Made by a program: the position numbers and the translations under genes. The notes under the pieces were generated by a model that saw only the letters and a program-made list of their open reading frames with translations, was not told where the DNA came from and made no database searches. This document shows positions 13,067 to 26,438 of a DNA stretch of 64,000 nucleotides, one piece after another (position 1 is the first letter of the stretch; each line of letters opens with the position of its first letter). The stretch is from Sphaerodactylus townsendi (taxonomy: Eukaryota), in assembly GCF_021028975.2 (NCBI RefSeq), contig NC_059430.1, positions 11,036,001 through 11,100,000 on the forward strand, written 5' to 3'.

Positions 13067-14685
13067 TTAAAGAGAATAAACACCGTCTTCATTCTCATAT
13101 TTTTCCTCTGGCTCCCTATTCACCATCATGTTTTCCATATGGCACTGGATTAACCAAAAGCTGTCATAGGAAACCAGTCGCGCAAGGAATCCTCTGATGG
13201 CATAGGGCTAGGCCAATGGGGGTCACACAGCAATACCTAGTAAAATACATCATACTTAGTCATCCGCTCTCGGCTTAGAACACTATAACTACTATGAATA
13301 AAGGAAAGCACGCCCAGCTTAAAAGTGAACACATTTAATTTTTCCAAGAAACAGATCATAGGTACACATTATAAAGTTATTTCGGTAAAGAAGTGGACAG
13401 TGGAAATCAGTAGTTTCAATACATCTGTTTGATGAATTAAGAGTACAATCAATGCGTATCTGTTGCCCAAACCTGTAAACACTATTATTTTTGCTTTTTA
13501 CCCTGAAGTAGCTTTAAAGAGCACAATGCTATGCTAAGATTGCTATGCTACAGATTCTTGATGTAAAAATATTTCAGTATTTTCTTAACAAAAACAATCT
13601 CATTTGTCACTATAAAATTAGATGAACACACTGACTGGAAACCACTTTTCAATACCAGTCTCTGCTGTTGAAAAAAGGAGTATTTCGCCAACTTCCACAG
13701 ACAGGCTTTTGCTTAAATAAGAGGGGTTTTCGGAGAAAAACCTTAAAATATGTCATGTAAGTAGTTTCCTATAGGAAGTACAACAGTTTCCTGAATTCCA
13801 AAAGAAACAAGGCGTATTGGCAGATAAACACTGCATAGGCTCCACTGTTTTTCAAGGGAAACAGTGCTTAGCATTGAACTGAGCATAAATCCAGCTACAG
13901 ATAAGTATATTTTAACAGAAACTTTAACAAGGTCACTTGTGGCTACCCAAGCCCTTTCCCTCAGCCCAGCCCGACCATACCATAACCCCAAACCCCAAAA
14001 ATAGCATAGAGCAATTCCTAGTAGGCATGTCATTCTGGTTAAATGTGCACAAAAGACTATACTGAAATGCTTCAGGACAATTCTATTCCCAGGACAGCCA
14101 GTTATGATTTGTGCAAATCTCATCACAAAACCAGTTCAAACATGATTATTTCATGGCATAGATTGACAGATGTCAAAGCTACAAATTCAGCAGGGAACTC
14201 AAGAGTCTGAAAACATCCAGCACAACTTTGGACTTTCTTTGAACGATCCACATAATTCTAGCCTAGGGAACACTACCTGAACTAGTAAATTGTTATCGGT
14301 ATAAAAAGCTACCTATTGCTCCCTGGTACCATCTGCTTTGAACCACTGGCATTGTTCTTGTAAGGCACAATTACAAAAATCGTTTTTACTCTACAATGTG
14401 TGTGTGCAATTTTAAGCAGTCCAGTTGTATTAGCCGTCCTCCCCACACCCTCCATGCAGTTATATTTCTGTATGATCACCACGCGGGCATAGCATACAAT
14501 CCCAATTCTCCCTCACAGAAACCTGTGCTCAGATTACATAACTAGATCAGATAAACATAGCTCTATCTTCAGTTCAGTTCTTTCCTCTTGTTGTGACTTC
14601 TAGACGGTTAGCTCCCAAAATCTGTTGTTAAGGCTGTTGGGCCGGGGGGGGGGGGGTAGTATTGGGTTTACTAAAGGTGTGTATG

Positions 14686-15076
14686 CAGTGGTGGGATCCA
14701 AAAATTTTAGTAACAGGTTCCCATGGTGGTGGGATTCAAACTGTGGCGTAGCATCAATGGGGCTGGGCGGGGCACGACGGGGGCGTGGCCGGGCATTCCA
14801 GGGCGGGGCATTCCTGGGCGGAGCTGTGGCAAGGACGCAGTCGCTGTTCTGGTCCTTGGGTGGGAAACGAATGCACGCAGGCGCAGGCTGCCACGCACGC
14901 CGGTGCACCTCCTGCTAGACTGCTTCAAGTTCTGCGCGCTACTGCTGAGAGGAGGGGCATAACTAAGGCAAAAATCACATGGTAAAATCACCAATTAGTA
15001 ACCCCCTCTCGGCACACACAAATAGTTAGTAACCTACTCTTGGGAACCTGTGGGAACCTGCTGGATCCCACCTCTG
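14686..15076. mobile_element. hAT-type MITE family A
   Basis: TIRs and 8-bp TSD TGTGTATG. Confidence 0.9.
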
Positions 15077-15710
15077 TGTGTATGTGGAGGGTTGTTAGTA
15101 AATAAATTACAAGGAATGACAGTTAGAAATACTTGTGAGAAAGCAGCGAAAAACAAGCTGTTTATAAGGCACTCCCCCCCCTTTCCTTGGAAAATCTGAA
15201 AGGCTACCCATTTGTAGTTTCCCAAGCCCAGAGACAGCCGATTTCTTTTCATCGTGTTTTCATGAAGTTTAGTTCGCAGTGGACATTTAGGACTGGGGGA
15301 GGGTGGGAGGGAGAGATGGACAAGAGGAAACATGATAAAAATTTACGCAACTATGTAAGGCGCCAAAAAGAACCCGCCAAAATAATACCGGTCCTGGAAC
15401 GCAGCCTCAAGACTTTTCACGATACAATATACACTGATGGTTTTTAAAGGAGATGAACAAGAAGTTAAAACTACTCCAAACTCATCTTCCTCGATGCATC
15501 CTTGAGTCTGGGAACGACCCACAATTACAAGCAGGAACAACCACAGCGTGAACTGGAAATACTTGTGTACACATCACTGCAGTCATTCCTTTTCTTTAAA
15601 TGTTTTTTTAAACTACATCAACTACAGTCATTCCAACAAGCACAAACACAATGTAGAAGTGTAGCCCAGTCTAAATGTGTGCATGTACTCTTTTGACTAT
15701 TATGCCCTCT

Positions 15711-16003
15711 GTGGCGTAGTCGGGCAAGAGCAGGTGCGTTCTAATCTGGAGGAACCGGGTTTGATTCCCCGCTCTTCCGCCTGAGCTGTGGAGGCTTATC
15801 TGGGGAATTCAGATTAGCCTGTGCACTCCCACACATGCCAGCTGGGTGACCTTGGGCTAGTCACAGCTTCTCGGAGCTCTCTCAGCCCCACCCACTTCAC
15901 AGGGTGTTTGTTGTGAGGGGGGAAGGGCAAGGAGATTGTCAGCTCCTATAAGTCTCCTACAGGAGAGAAAGGGGGGATGTAAATCCAAACTCTTCTTCTT
16001 CTT
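15711..16003 (+). mobile_element. tRNA-derived SINE
   Basis: Full head, body and (CTT)n tail. Confidence 0.88.
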
Positions 16004-16140
16004 TCCAATCAATGACAATCAGAGACATTGGTTACATGAAACCTCCACTGTTCAGAACCAATGCACCTTTGCCAAACAGCTACTACTCAACTGCCAAAGC
16101 TGTCTAGGGGACCCACTATGGAAAACAAAATGCTGGACTA

Positions 16141-16453
16141 GAAGAAGAGGAAGAGGAGGAGGAGGAGGAGGAGTTTGGATTTATATCCCCCCCTTTTCTC
16201 TCCTGCAGGAGACTCAAAGGGGTTTACAATCTCCTTGCCCTTCCCCCCTCACAACAAACACCCTTTGAGGTAGGTGGGGCTGAGAGAGCTCTGAGAAGCT
16301 GTGACTAGCCCAAGGTCATCCAGCTGGCATGTGTGGGAGTGTACAGGCTAATCTGAATTCCCCAGATAAGCCTCCACAGCTCAGGCGGCAGAGCTGGGAA
16401 TCAAACCCGGTTCCTCCAGATTAGATACACATGCTCTTAACCTCCTACGCCAC
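16141..16453 (-). mobile_element. tRNA-derived SINE
   Basis: Full copy, inverted relative to the 15711 copy. Confidence 0.88.
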
Positions 16454-18150
16454 AGATCAACTCCTACCCCTTTAAATATTAAGACATCATTGTGAAACGA
16501 GCATCCCATGGGTAATTAATAATGCACCCCATTTTACTGTCAAAGATTTGGGGGAGGGGGGAATCCTGTTTCTCACCAACCCTATATCTTATTTCCTAGT
16601 AAATGCCAGCTTTCCATTTTTTTTAGAATAGCCGGGAGATCAGGAAAATGACATTGCTTTGAGGAATGTTATAATACAATGCAGGTCCTTTGTACTCACA
16701 GAGCACTCGGTACTGAACACTGAACCATGTTCTTGGGACAGTGTTTACAATGTTTAGTATAGCCACCCTTCATGCCCTCAAAACGGGTGGGTTCTACTGG
16801 GTATTAACACTCCTGCGCCTCTGGATACTATACATTGAAACATACTCACTAGACTCGTTGTGGCGTGCCACGCACTTAGCAAACACATGCCAACCTCAGA
16901 AACTATCAAAAGCGTGCGGTTAGTTTAAAGCAAGCCAGCTGCCTCAGGCCAAGAGCCCTTTGAGAAAAAATGGTGCTTTTCCATTCCAAGGCTTAGTGCA
17001 AAACAGGAATATATTAACCTGAATATAAACCAACAGTGGGAAAAACTGGACACTACTTGAGACACACAGCCCAGCATTTGCGGGGATACTCATGGGGGAG
17101 GGTGGGGCAATAGTCCTTCTGTTATGGAATAACACTTCTAACCCTGGAAGGTAACTGTGTGAAACAGAGACACAGAGCTACCTACAAGAGCTTCCCCTGT
17201 TGGCAGCCACCCGATTTGCATGACACCAATACAGCGTCTGCGTGGCCTTCCTCATTGGAGGGTAGATTATTCAGAAAGAAGATTATTGCCAATGGCAAAG
17301 TTTTCTGAGACTTCACCATTTATATGAGGAAGGATCCTCTGCATAGAGAACGCTCACAAGACCAACGCTCTTAACCACCCAAGATGCAGATGTAGCATCA
17401 AGACATGTTCAACCCAGAAATACAACAAAACCAACTTGGGGCGCGGGGGTGGAGAACGCTGAACATTTCAGTGGTTATGATCTACAACTATAGCCACAAG
17501 TAACTTACAGAGGGGCTGCCTACAGTATACATTAACAAACCACTCACCAAGTACACTACTGAGTAATGGAGAGAAACACATCTTGCTGTGATAGGCCTCT
17601 GAAAGACCACCTGGGCCACGGCCACGCAGCCCCCAAAACCCACAACAACCCAGTCCGTCATTATTCATATATTGTCAAGTCTACCCCACACCCAGAGGCA
17701 ATTGAGGAAAATTAAAGAAGACAACTTTGTGGGATTTCAGACATTGCCTTCTCACTTGTAAGTCTAACAAGCTCCTTTGCGCTTGACGTGGAACCGGGTT
17801 ATCGAAAGCACTCCAAATGCTTTCAAGCGTGGACCACACAGGTTGGCTGTACAGCTTTATCTCTTTTGGAAAGCTACTTCCTGCTCTGGAGCGATTGCAG
17901 CAAACCTACTTGCCAGGCAAATTTGAAACGTCACGGTTAATTGCCACGTTCAAGCAATCTGTGTGTCTGACACGTGCTTGATTTGAGGAATTGCAGCAAC
18001 ACCTTTGCTGAAGACACGTTACAGTTTCCAAATAATTGCTTTAGATTTCAGCAGGGCGGGGCAGAATCGGAATTCTATCCAAGTAAGGCACACCTTAAAG
18101 ATCGCTACTAAACTGCTTCGCTTATTCCCCCCTCCCCCCGCAAAGGTTCT

Positions 18151-18385
18151 CCACCTGAGCTGTGGAGGCTTCTCTGGGGAATTCAGATTAGCCTGTACAC
18201 TCCCACACACGCCAGCTGGGTGACCTTGGGCTAGTCACAGCTTCTCGGAGCTCTCTCAGCCCCACCTACCTCACAGGGTGTTTGTTGTGAGGGGGGAAGG
18301 GCAAGGAGATTGTAAGCCCCTTTGAGTCTCCTGCAGGAGAGAAAGGGGGGATATAAATCCAAACTCTTCTTCTTCTTCTTCTTCT
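18151..18385 (+). mobile_element. tRNA-derived SINE, 5'-truncated
   Basis: Body and tail match the family. Confidence 0.85.
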
Positions 18386-19173
18386 AAAGAGACAGCTTTG
18401 CTAGAGATTATTTGAACAAGTGCTACAGCAGACTTCCTAAGGAGAACAATGACCAATTGCTGACATTCTTTTTAAAAAATACCTGAATTAATATCAGGTC
18501 AAAAGTTTTTGGTACAAGGAAGAAGAGTTTTTCAGGATCTTTCCCCCACCATATAGTGCATCTCTCCTACAACTGCCTTACTGTGACTCCGAATAACCTA
18601 CAAATGCCCTTCCCTTTCAGGACGTCACTGGCAGGTAAAATAAACCTAGGATGTGCCAAACGCAAAGTCACAAAAACCAGAAAAGTGAGCTTAGGTAAGG
18701 CCGATTAAGCCAGTTCTTTAAAAATCATACTCTTCCCAAACTGTCATATGTCTCTTTGTAGGTCAGCACTGAAAAAACACCATCACAAAGCCAAATATCA
18801 TGAATATTCCTTAGAATAGGAAAGGTTTCCTGTGGCTCTGTCAAACGGACAGGATTTGAAATCGTTCCCCTTCGGGTGACATCTTTGCACTTAACATTAA
18901 TAAACATTGAGTTTAACCGAGGCGGTGTAACTTCCACCCCCACTACAAGGCAAATAAGATTGCAAAGGAGCACCTTAATTTAGAATAACAGGCACTTAAA
19001 ACTGGCAAGTTCCAAAATATTTTTAACAAGGCGGGAGGGGGGGAGAATCCCAGTTCACAGCAGTTTTCCAATTAACAATGTATGAAGTTGTTTTAGATCT
19101 GACCAGGCCTAAAACCCATGTCTGTGGGGATGTAAATCCTTCATGAGGAAGGATTCCTGGTTTGCAGGCCTTT

Positions 19174-20925
19174 CTATTTCTCAAACCGCCACACATGATT
19201 TTTATCTGCCGAATTACAGGTCCTCATTTGCACGTCCGGTTTTCCTTCCGGAGTGCGATAGGCGCTGAGGCATTTTCCCGAGCGAGGGTGATAAATCGTC
19301 CCGTCCTCTTTAAAATGCCATACGATGCTGTCTGGGATTGCAGCTCCGTCTTTGGGGCAGTTTCTCATGCCCACAAAGTCGTTCGGCTCTTGAACTTCAG
19401 CGCAGAGTTCCGTCACGGAGTTAAACCGTATTTCTTTGTTGGAAGTGTATTCGAAGAACTGGTTACCTCCTTGGCCGTGGCAGCCGAAGAGGGAAAGGTG
19501 GGCCCCGGTCGGATTGTGCTCAGGTGAGTTGTAGTCTAGACATTCCGAGGAAATGCCCATGCTGCGGATGGCGCCGTGCCAGGCCGGCCGATCCTCTGGC
19601 ACGTGCAGATGAGGAAATATCGTCTCCAAATACCAATCGAAGTTTTTGCACTTCAAGCGCTCCCTCAGGAGTTTCCTCTCGGAAAGGTCTCCGTAGTTTT
19701 CCTTCCGCGCCGGAGGATTTCTGTTGTAGAAATGTTCCTTATAGCCGTCCATCCACACCTCGGCAGCACGGGCGGTGTTTTGGAGGAAGTTTGGCCTGGC
19801 GTATGGCGCCCGCTTAGGAAACACATGGCCCACATGAGAACAAGGATGGATCTCTAAGATGCCTCCGCACTGCCATACCCGAAAAGAGAGTTCCAAATTC
19901 TCTCCTCCCCAGACATCCATGCCCATATCATACGTGCCCAAATACTCGAAATACTCTTTGCTCACTGCAAACAATCCCCCGGCCATTGTAGGGGACCTTA
20001 TTGGATCGATTCTGGATTTCCGCCTTTGCCGCTCATACTCCGGCACGGAGTGCCACTGAAACGTCAGCCGCCAGTCAAACCCCCCAATCATCGGCTCCCC
20101 AGACTGCATATAAAACTCGAATGTATTCCAATCAATGGTGTCAATAACCGGACAAATGATCACACTCTTGTTCTCAGAGATCCGTTGCAGAAGCGGCTCC
20201 AGCCACCCAGGAACGCATTCGCAGTGGCAGTCCAGAAAGGTGAGAACGTCCCCCGTGGCGTAGGTAGCCCCGACCAGGCGGGCCCGAACCAGCCCTTCCC
20301 GCTTGTTGGTTCTTATCAAACGGACCCTCTCCAGGTCGCTGATGTACCGCTCCAACTCCCCCTTGAGGTAGGCCTTGTCGCTCAAATCGTCCACCAGTAT
20401 GATTTCCTTCAGCAGGATGGCGGGCGAAGTCTCCAACACGCTGTGGATGGTCCGCAGCAGCGTGGACCAGGCCTCGTTGTAGAACGCGATGACGACCGAC
20501 GTGGTGGGCAGCTTGCGATAGTCGTAGGCCTTGGCCCTGCACTCTGGCATCCGGCTGTCTTGGATGTGGCGATGCAGAGAGATTTTGTCGCTCAGGTAGA
20601 TGTTGATGGCGTATTTCTCGATCAGCTCCTCTTCTAGCTTCTTCTCCTCGGGGCCCAGCTGCAGGTGGGCCGGCTTGCCCCACTCGCCTAAGCCGTAGGA
20701 ATCCGAGGAAGATTTCTCATAGAGGGGTCGGGCCAGCTCCTCGGGGTTTTCGGCCTGGCCTGAGAAGCGTCTCTCCCACCGCCGGCGGGTGACACCGCTC
20801 CCAGAGGACGTCTCCTGGAAGCCAGAGATGGACAGCTCCAGCATGAAAGCAGCAGCCGTCAAGAGCGCCAGGAAAAGGCATGCTCTGCCAAGCCAGGACC
20901 AGCGCCTGGCCAGCCGCACCCTCAT
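19174..20925 (-). CDS. GALNT4: Polypeptide N-acetylgalactosaminyltransferase 4 (intronless CDS, 583 aa)
   Basis: Uninterrupted ORF with an N-terminal TM segment, GT-A domain with DxH (FLDCHCE), WGGENLELS motif and C-terminal ricin-type lectin domain. An intronless CDS is typical of GALNT4. The ORF-track start at 20940 is TTG; the first ATG is at 20925 (MRVRLARRWSW). Confidence 0.95.
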   Translation of the reverse strand: MRVRLARRWSWLGRACLFLALLTAAAFMLELSISGFQETSSGSGVTRRRWERRFSGQAENPEELARPLYEKSSSDSYGLGEWGKPAHLQLGPEEKKLEEELIEKYAINIYLSDKISLHRHIQDSRMPECRAKAYDYRKLPTTSVVIAFYNEAWSTLLRTIHSVLETSPAILLKEIILVDDLSDKAYLKGELERYISDLERVRLIRTNKREGLVRARLVGATYATGDVLTFLDCHCECVPGWLEPLLQRISENKSVIICPVIDTIDWNTFEFYMQSGEPMIGGFDWRLTFQWHSVPEYERQRRKSRIDPIRSPTMAGGLFAVSKEYFEYLGTYDMGMDVWGGENLELSFRVWQCGGILEIHPCSHVGHVFPKRAPYARPNFLQNTARAAEVWMDGYKEHFYNRNPPARKENYGDLSERKLLRERLKCKNFDWYLETIFPHLHVPEDRPAWHGAIRSMGISSECLDYNSPEHNPTGAHLSLFGCHGQGGNQFFEYTSNKEIRFNSVTELCAEVQEPNDFVGMRNCPKDGAAIPDSIVWHFKEDGTIYHPRSGKCLSAYRTPEGKPDVQMRTCNSADKNHVWRFEK

Positions 20926-21456
20926 GTCCGGCCTAGCCAAGACAGCCCCAGATCTCGGCGGCTGAACTGTTGCTTCTCAGCAGAGCTGGCCAGAAGGAGG
21001 ATTCCTTGGGCTCTCCTCTCCGGGTGCAGAGGTGCAGCAGCCCCAAGGCAAAGCAGCGCACACAAATGCTCTTTTCCCTCCCCCTCTGCCTCCGTTCCTT
21101 CCTCCTCTCTTCTCTGGGACAAAGCCCTCCCCCACGGGCACTTCCTCGTCTGCAGCGGTTTGCTCAAAAAGTTGTCGCTTAAGGAAGGAGGCTGTAACTC
21201 CGGGCGGCCGGAGCATTTCCTTGCCTGCCGTCCTGCGTGGGCCCGTCCCACCCCTCCAGCTGCTTTGCACAAACAAACGGAGCCGGGCTGGCTTTCCCAC
21301 GCCTGGGGGAGCGGAGGCAACTCTCCACGCCGGAATCTTCAGTGAGGCTCAGCTGCAAAAAGGGAGACTTGGGTGCTACAGCACTGGGCGCTTGTGCTAA
21401 AGCTACTGGAGTGGAGCGGGCTTTAAAGAGGCAACAGCACTGCTAAGAAAACAGCG

Positions 21457-21931
21457 NNNNNNNNNNNNNNNNNNNNNNNNNNNNNNNNNNNNNNNNNNNN
21501 NNNNNNNNNNNNNNNNNNNNNNNNNNNNNNNNNNNNNNNNNNNNNNNNNNNNNNNNNNNNNNNNNNNNNNNNNNNNNNNNNNNNNNNNNNNNNNNNNNNN
21601 NNNNNNNNNNNNNNNNNNNNNNNNNNNNNNNNNNNNNNNNNNNNNNNNNNNNNNNNNNNNNNNNNNNNNNNNNNNNNNNNNNNNNNNNNNNNNNNNNNNN
21701 NNNNNNNNNNNNNNNNNNNNNNNNNNNNNNNNNNNNNNNNNNNNNNNNNNNNNNNNNNNNNNNNNNNNNNNNNNNNNNNNNNNNNNNNNNNNNNNNNNNN
21801 NNNNNNNNNNNNNNNNNNNNNNNNNNNNNNNNNNNNNNNNNNNNNNNNNNNNNNNNNNNNNNNNNNNNNNNNNNNNNNNNNNNNNNNNNNNNNNNNNNNN
21901 NNNNNNNNNNNNNNNNNNNNNNNNNNNNNNN
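21457..21931. other. Assembly gap
   Basis: N run. Confidence 1.
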
Positions 21932-22362
21932 TGGATTTATATTGCCCCCTTTCTCTCCTGTAGGAGACTCAAAGGGGCTTACAATCTCCTTGCCCTTCCT
22001 GCCTCACAACAAACACCCTGTGAGGTGGGTGGGGCTGAGAGAGCTCCGAAAAGCTGTGACTAGGCCAAGGTCACCCAGCTGGCGTGTGTGGGAGTGCACA
22101 GGCTAATCTGAATATCAGGGGTCTGCAACCTGTGGCTCTTCAGATGTTCATGGACTACAAATTCCATCAGCCCCTGCCAGCATGACCATTTGGCCATGCT
22201 GGCAGGGGCTGATGGGAACTGTAGTCCATGAACATCTGGAGAGCCGCAGGTTGCAGACCCCTGCCCCAGATAAGCCTCCACAGCTCAGGCGGCAGAGCGG
22301 GGAATCAAACCCGGTTCCTTCAGATTAGAATGCACCTGCTCTTAACCACTACGTCACTGCTG
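21932..22362 (-). mobile_element. tRNA-derived SINE with nested hairpin MITE
   Basis: SINE halves flank the palindrome at 22116-22263. Confidence 0.85.
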
Positions 22363-22759
22363 CTTCTAGAACAAGACACTCCAGAACAATATTTCAAGAA
22401 TTAAAACAGGGAAAGAGTACACATTTATCATCCCTTTCCGGGACAAAACGCCTCTGGAACACTACAGAAGTGCCATTAAACAAATGATAGTATTGCAAAA
22501 AAAAATCAGGGGCATACATTAAAGACACCCCAGAAGAATGTTTTGGAAATCAACATGCAGAAAAAGCGTGCATTTTATCACCCCTTTCCTAGCCAAAATT
22601 CCTCCAGAACAGCCTGGGACAGGCATTAAACAAACAATAGCATGGCTACAAAAAAAAATTGGCGCAAGAAATTCTACTGGCAGATTGTTCAACATTCTTC
22701 TTTCCGTGGAGTCAGTTCTCTCCCTTGCTTCCTTGATAATATGCCAGCAGATTAAGTCT

Positions 22760-23090
22760 AGAAGAAGAAGAAGAAGAGGAAGAAGAGGAGGAGGAGGAGG
22801 AGTAGTTTGGATTTATATCCCCCTTTCTCTCTTGCAGGAGACTCAAAGGGGCTGACAATCTCCTCGCCCTTCCCCCCTCACAACAAACACCCTGTGAGGT
22901 AGGTGGGGCTGAGAGAGCTCCAAGAAGCTGTGACTAGCCCAAGGTCACCCAGCTGGCGTGTGTGGGAGTGTACAGGCTAATCTGAATTCCCCAGATAAGC
23001 CTCCACAGCTCAGGCGGCAGACCTGGGAATCAAACACGGTTCCTCCAGATTAGATACACGAGCTCTTAACCTCCTACGTCGCTGCTGCTC
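22760..23090 (-). mobile_element. tRNA-derived SINE
   Basis: Full copy. Confidence 0.88.
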
Positions 23091-24028
23091 TATTAAAAAA
23101 AATATTGGCATGCATTAAAAACATTCCAGAAAAAAGATTAGGGCTACCTGCACCGATTGGTTTCACTACTAGGTCACTTTGCTGTCAATTCAGTAGATTT
23201 CTCACTGCAGGTTAAACTGAACTGGTTTTATATTTTAGTTAGCTGTGCTTGTATTTCTGCGAACTCTTGAGTTTGCTATGCAATCTTAATACAAAATATC
23301 AAAAATGGCCTTCTGCTAAGAATGAACAGTGGCATCCGTGCGTTAAATTGTAACTTCATTCTTCTTTCTATCAATAGGTGGCTTTGGGGGAGAATGCAAA
23401 TTTATTTCAAAGACTAAGGATTACTCAGGTAACTTGTTCTTCGAACAAGCAACACCTGGAAAACTTAAAGACACTTGAATGAAGAGGGACTTGCGTTTCC
23501 CCACTCACCCCGATCCCCCCAATGCCGCGCGCTGCTCTCAGCACGCGGCATCCCTGGTGCGCGCCCAGGCGTCCCCACGACCCAGTGCTCTGCGTGGGGT
23601 CATCAAAAGGCGCCCTTTACAAGAACGCCAGGGATGCCGTGCGCGGAGGGGGCGGGACAGCAGCAGCGTTGGGGCAGCTGTGCTGTCGCCGCCCCTGTCG
23701 TGTGGAGTGCCCCGGGACCCCGCGCTACTTGAGGAGAGTAGCGCGGGGCTTAAGGTAAGTGGGGAAAGGCCCACTGTTTCTCTCTGTCCCTCGGGGTAAA
23801 GAACTGTGAATGAAAGAAAGATATGGGGATTTTTCTTCTCCTATCAAGGTTTTTTTTTGGATGCAAGCGAATCTCTTACATTATTGCTCCCAGTCTCACT
23901 GACCCACACAGATCTCACCACGTTAAGTGTGCATCCAAAAGAGGGCTTTGGAGGATGCAGACATTAGAAAGTTTTACTACAACTCACTAGTATCTGGGTC
24001 TTATATTGATATCTGCAAGACACTGCTG

Positions 24029-24398
24029 CAGTGGTGGGATCCAAAAATTTTAGTAACAGGTTCCCATGGTGGTGGGATTCAAACTGCTGTCTAGCGCCAA
24101 TGGGGCTGGGCGGGGCACGATGGGGCGGGGCATTCCTGGGCGGGGCTGTGGCAAGGACGCAGCCGCTGCGCCGGTCCTTGGGCGGGAAACGAATGCATGC
24201 AGGCACAGCCTGCCACGCACACCAGTGCACCTCCTGCTAGACTGCTTCAAGTTCTGTGTGCTACTGCTGAGAGGAGGGGCATAACTAAGGCCAAAATCAC
24301 GTGGCAAAAGCACCAATGAGTAACCCCCTCTCGGCACACATAAATAATGAGTAACCTACTCTCGGGAACCTGTGAGAACCTGCTGGATCCCACCTCTG
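24029..24398. mobile_element. hAT-type MITE family A
   Basis: TIRs; TSD CACTGCTG/CACTGCCG. Confidence 0.9.
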
Positions 24399-24981
24399 CA
24401 CTGCCGTTTACATAAAACTGCCAACACTGAGCCTACACACAATTATTAATTCTCCCTACATCTAGAAATCCTATGACTGCCTTTCTGTCATTCAAATCAT
24501 TTGTCCCTCGCTCTGTCAAGGGAGGCAAAGGTGAAGCGCAAACAGCTTTCCCTGCTCCCATATTACCCCATAGGATTGCAAAGACCTGGCGCTTCTTAGA
24601 ACAAGCCTTTCTGGATTTATTATCGGAGGCCTCAAAGTTATGCTGTCTTTAAAATTCTTCTCTCTCTTCTTCCCAAGTGGGAAAGTCTTGTCTTGCAGAT
24701 GCTACACCTATAGACGGTGCTGTAAAAGCACCTTCCAATATTTCATTCTCTGCCGTCCCCCGTCCTCCCACCTTGCATCAAGTCTCTTCCTCAAATCAGT
24801 CAGATTGAACTGTCCTTACTTGACTTCAGCTTGGAGGAAGTTAACTTTGGCTGCCAAATTAAAGCAGTAAGTCTAAACAGGTCTACATCCTTGGGGAAGT
24901 ACATCCCATTCTAGTTAATGGGGCTGAAGCCCAAGAAAGTGTTTTTAGGATTACTGTCAGTGTTTAGTGATGTGTTTCCTC

Positions 24982-25344
24982 CAGGGGTGGGATCCAGCAG
25001 GTTCTCACCAGTTCCCCGAGAGTAGGTTACTAATTATTTGCGTGTGCCGAGAGGGGGTGACTAATTGGGTCTGCTTTTCTGTTAGAAATTCCAATTGGTC
25101 CAAAAATCATAAAGTCCTGTTGTTTCCTATGTGGCTGGTTAGCGAAGGTAGAAAACAGGATAATTCTCCCCATTGGGCTATTTTAAAAACATGTTTGAGA
25201 AATATGGTAAAGTTCCTTGCTTAAGGAAAGAATCCTTCCTTTGATTTCTAGGAACAAAATTAAGTATTTGAAAGTATTAAGTATTTGACAGGCAGTCAAT
25301 TAGAGGAGAAGTAGTTGTTTCTGTTGGCTAGTAGTTGTTTCTGT
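24982..25344. mobile_element. hAT-type MITE family A, long variant, truncated
   Basis: One terminus plus interior matching the 52138 and 54256 copies. Confidence 0.8.
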
Positions 25345-25611
25345 CGTGTATCTAATCTGGAGGAACTGGGTTTGATTCCCCGCTCTGCCGCCTGAGCTGT
25401 GGAGGCTTATCTGGGGAATTCAGATTAGCCTGGGCACTCCCACACACACCAGCTGGGTGACCTTGGGCTAGTCACAGCTTCTCGGAGCTCTCTCAGCCCC
25501 ACTCACCTCACAGGGGGTTTGTTGTGAGAGGGGAAGGGCAAGGAGATTGTCAGCCCCTTTGAGTCTCCTGCGGGAGAGAAAGGGGGGATATAAATCCAAA
25601 TTATTCTTCTT
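25345..25611 (+). mobile_element. tRNA-derived SINE
   Basis: Near-full copy. Confidence 0.85.
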
Positions 25612-25613
25612 CG

Positions 25614-26438
25614 TCAGTGCTATCAGTCACAGACCAGGAAAGGGATTTGGGCGTCTTAGTTGATAGTTCCATGGGAATGTCAACTCAATGCATGGCAGCT
25701 GTGAAAAAGGCAAACTCTATGCTGGGGATAATTAGGAAAGGAGTTGATAATAAAACTGCAAGAATTGTCATGCCCTTATATAAAGCCGTGGTGCGACCGC
25801 ACTTGGAGTACTGTGTTCAGTTCTGGTCGCCACATCTCAAAAAGGATATCGAAGAGATAGAAAAAGTGCAGAGAAGGGTAACGAGGATGATTGAAGGATT
25901 GGAGCACCTTTCTTATGAGGAGAGGCTGCAGCGTTTGGGACTCTTTAGTTTGGAGAGGAGACGTCTGAGGGGGGATATGATTGAAGTCTATAAAATTATG
26001 CATGGGGTAGAAAATGTTGACAGAGAGTAATTTTTCTCTCTTTCTCACAATACTAGAACCAGGGGGCATTCATTGAAAATGCTGGGGGGAAGAATTAGGA
26101 CTAATAAAAGGAAACACTTCTTCTCACAATGTGTGATTGGTGTTTGGAATATGCTGCCTCAGGAGGTGGTGATGGCCACTCACCTGGATAGCTTTCAAAA
26201 GGGCTTGGACAGATTTATGGAGGAGAAGTCGATCTATGGCTACCCATCTTGATCCTCCTTGATCTCAGATTGCAAATCCCTTAGCAGACCAGGTGCTCGG
26301 GAGCAACAGCCACAGAAGGCCCTTGCTTTCACCTCCTGCATGTGAGCTCCCAAAGGCACCTGGTGGGCCACTGCGAGTAGCAGAATGCTGGACTAGATGG
26401 ACTCTGGTCTGATCCAGCAGGCTAGTTCTTATGTTCTT
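25614..26438 (+). mobile_element. CR1 LINE 3' fragment
   Basis: ERDLGVLVD...[24 protein letters not shown]...LERRRLRGD; CR1 3' UTR. Confidence 0.92.

Noticed and set aside
19162-20683. Overlapping antisense and alternate-frame ORFs within GALNT4
   Set aside because: Expected shadow ORFs of a GC-rich coding sequence.
23485-23771. CpG-rich patch with a GTAAGT donor-like motif as a possible promoter or exon
   Set aside because: Bounded by inverted termini (tttccccact / agtggggaaa), so probably a MITE; the CpG patch at ~46403-46780 looks similar.
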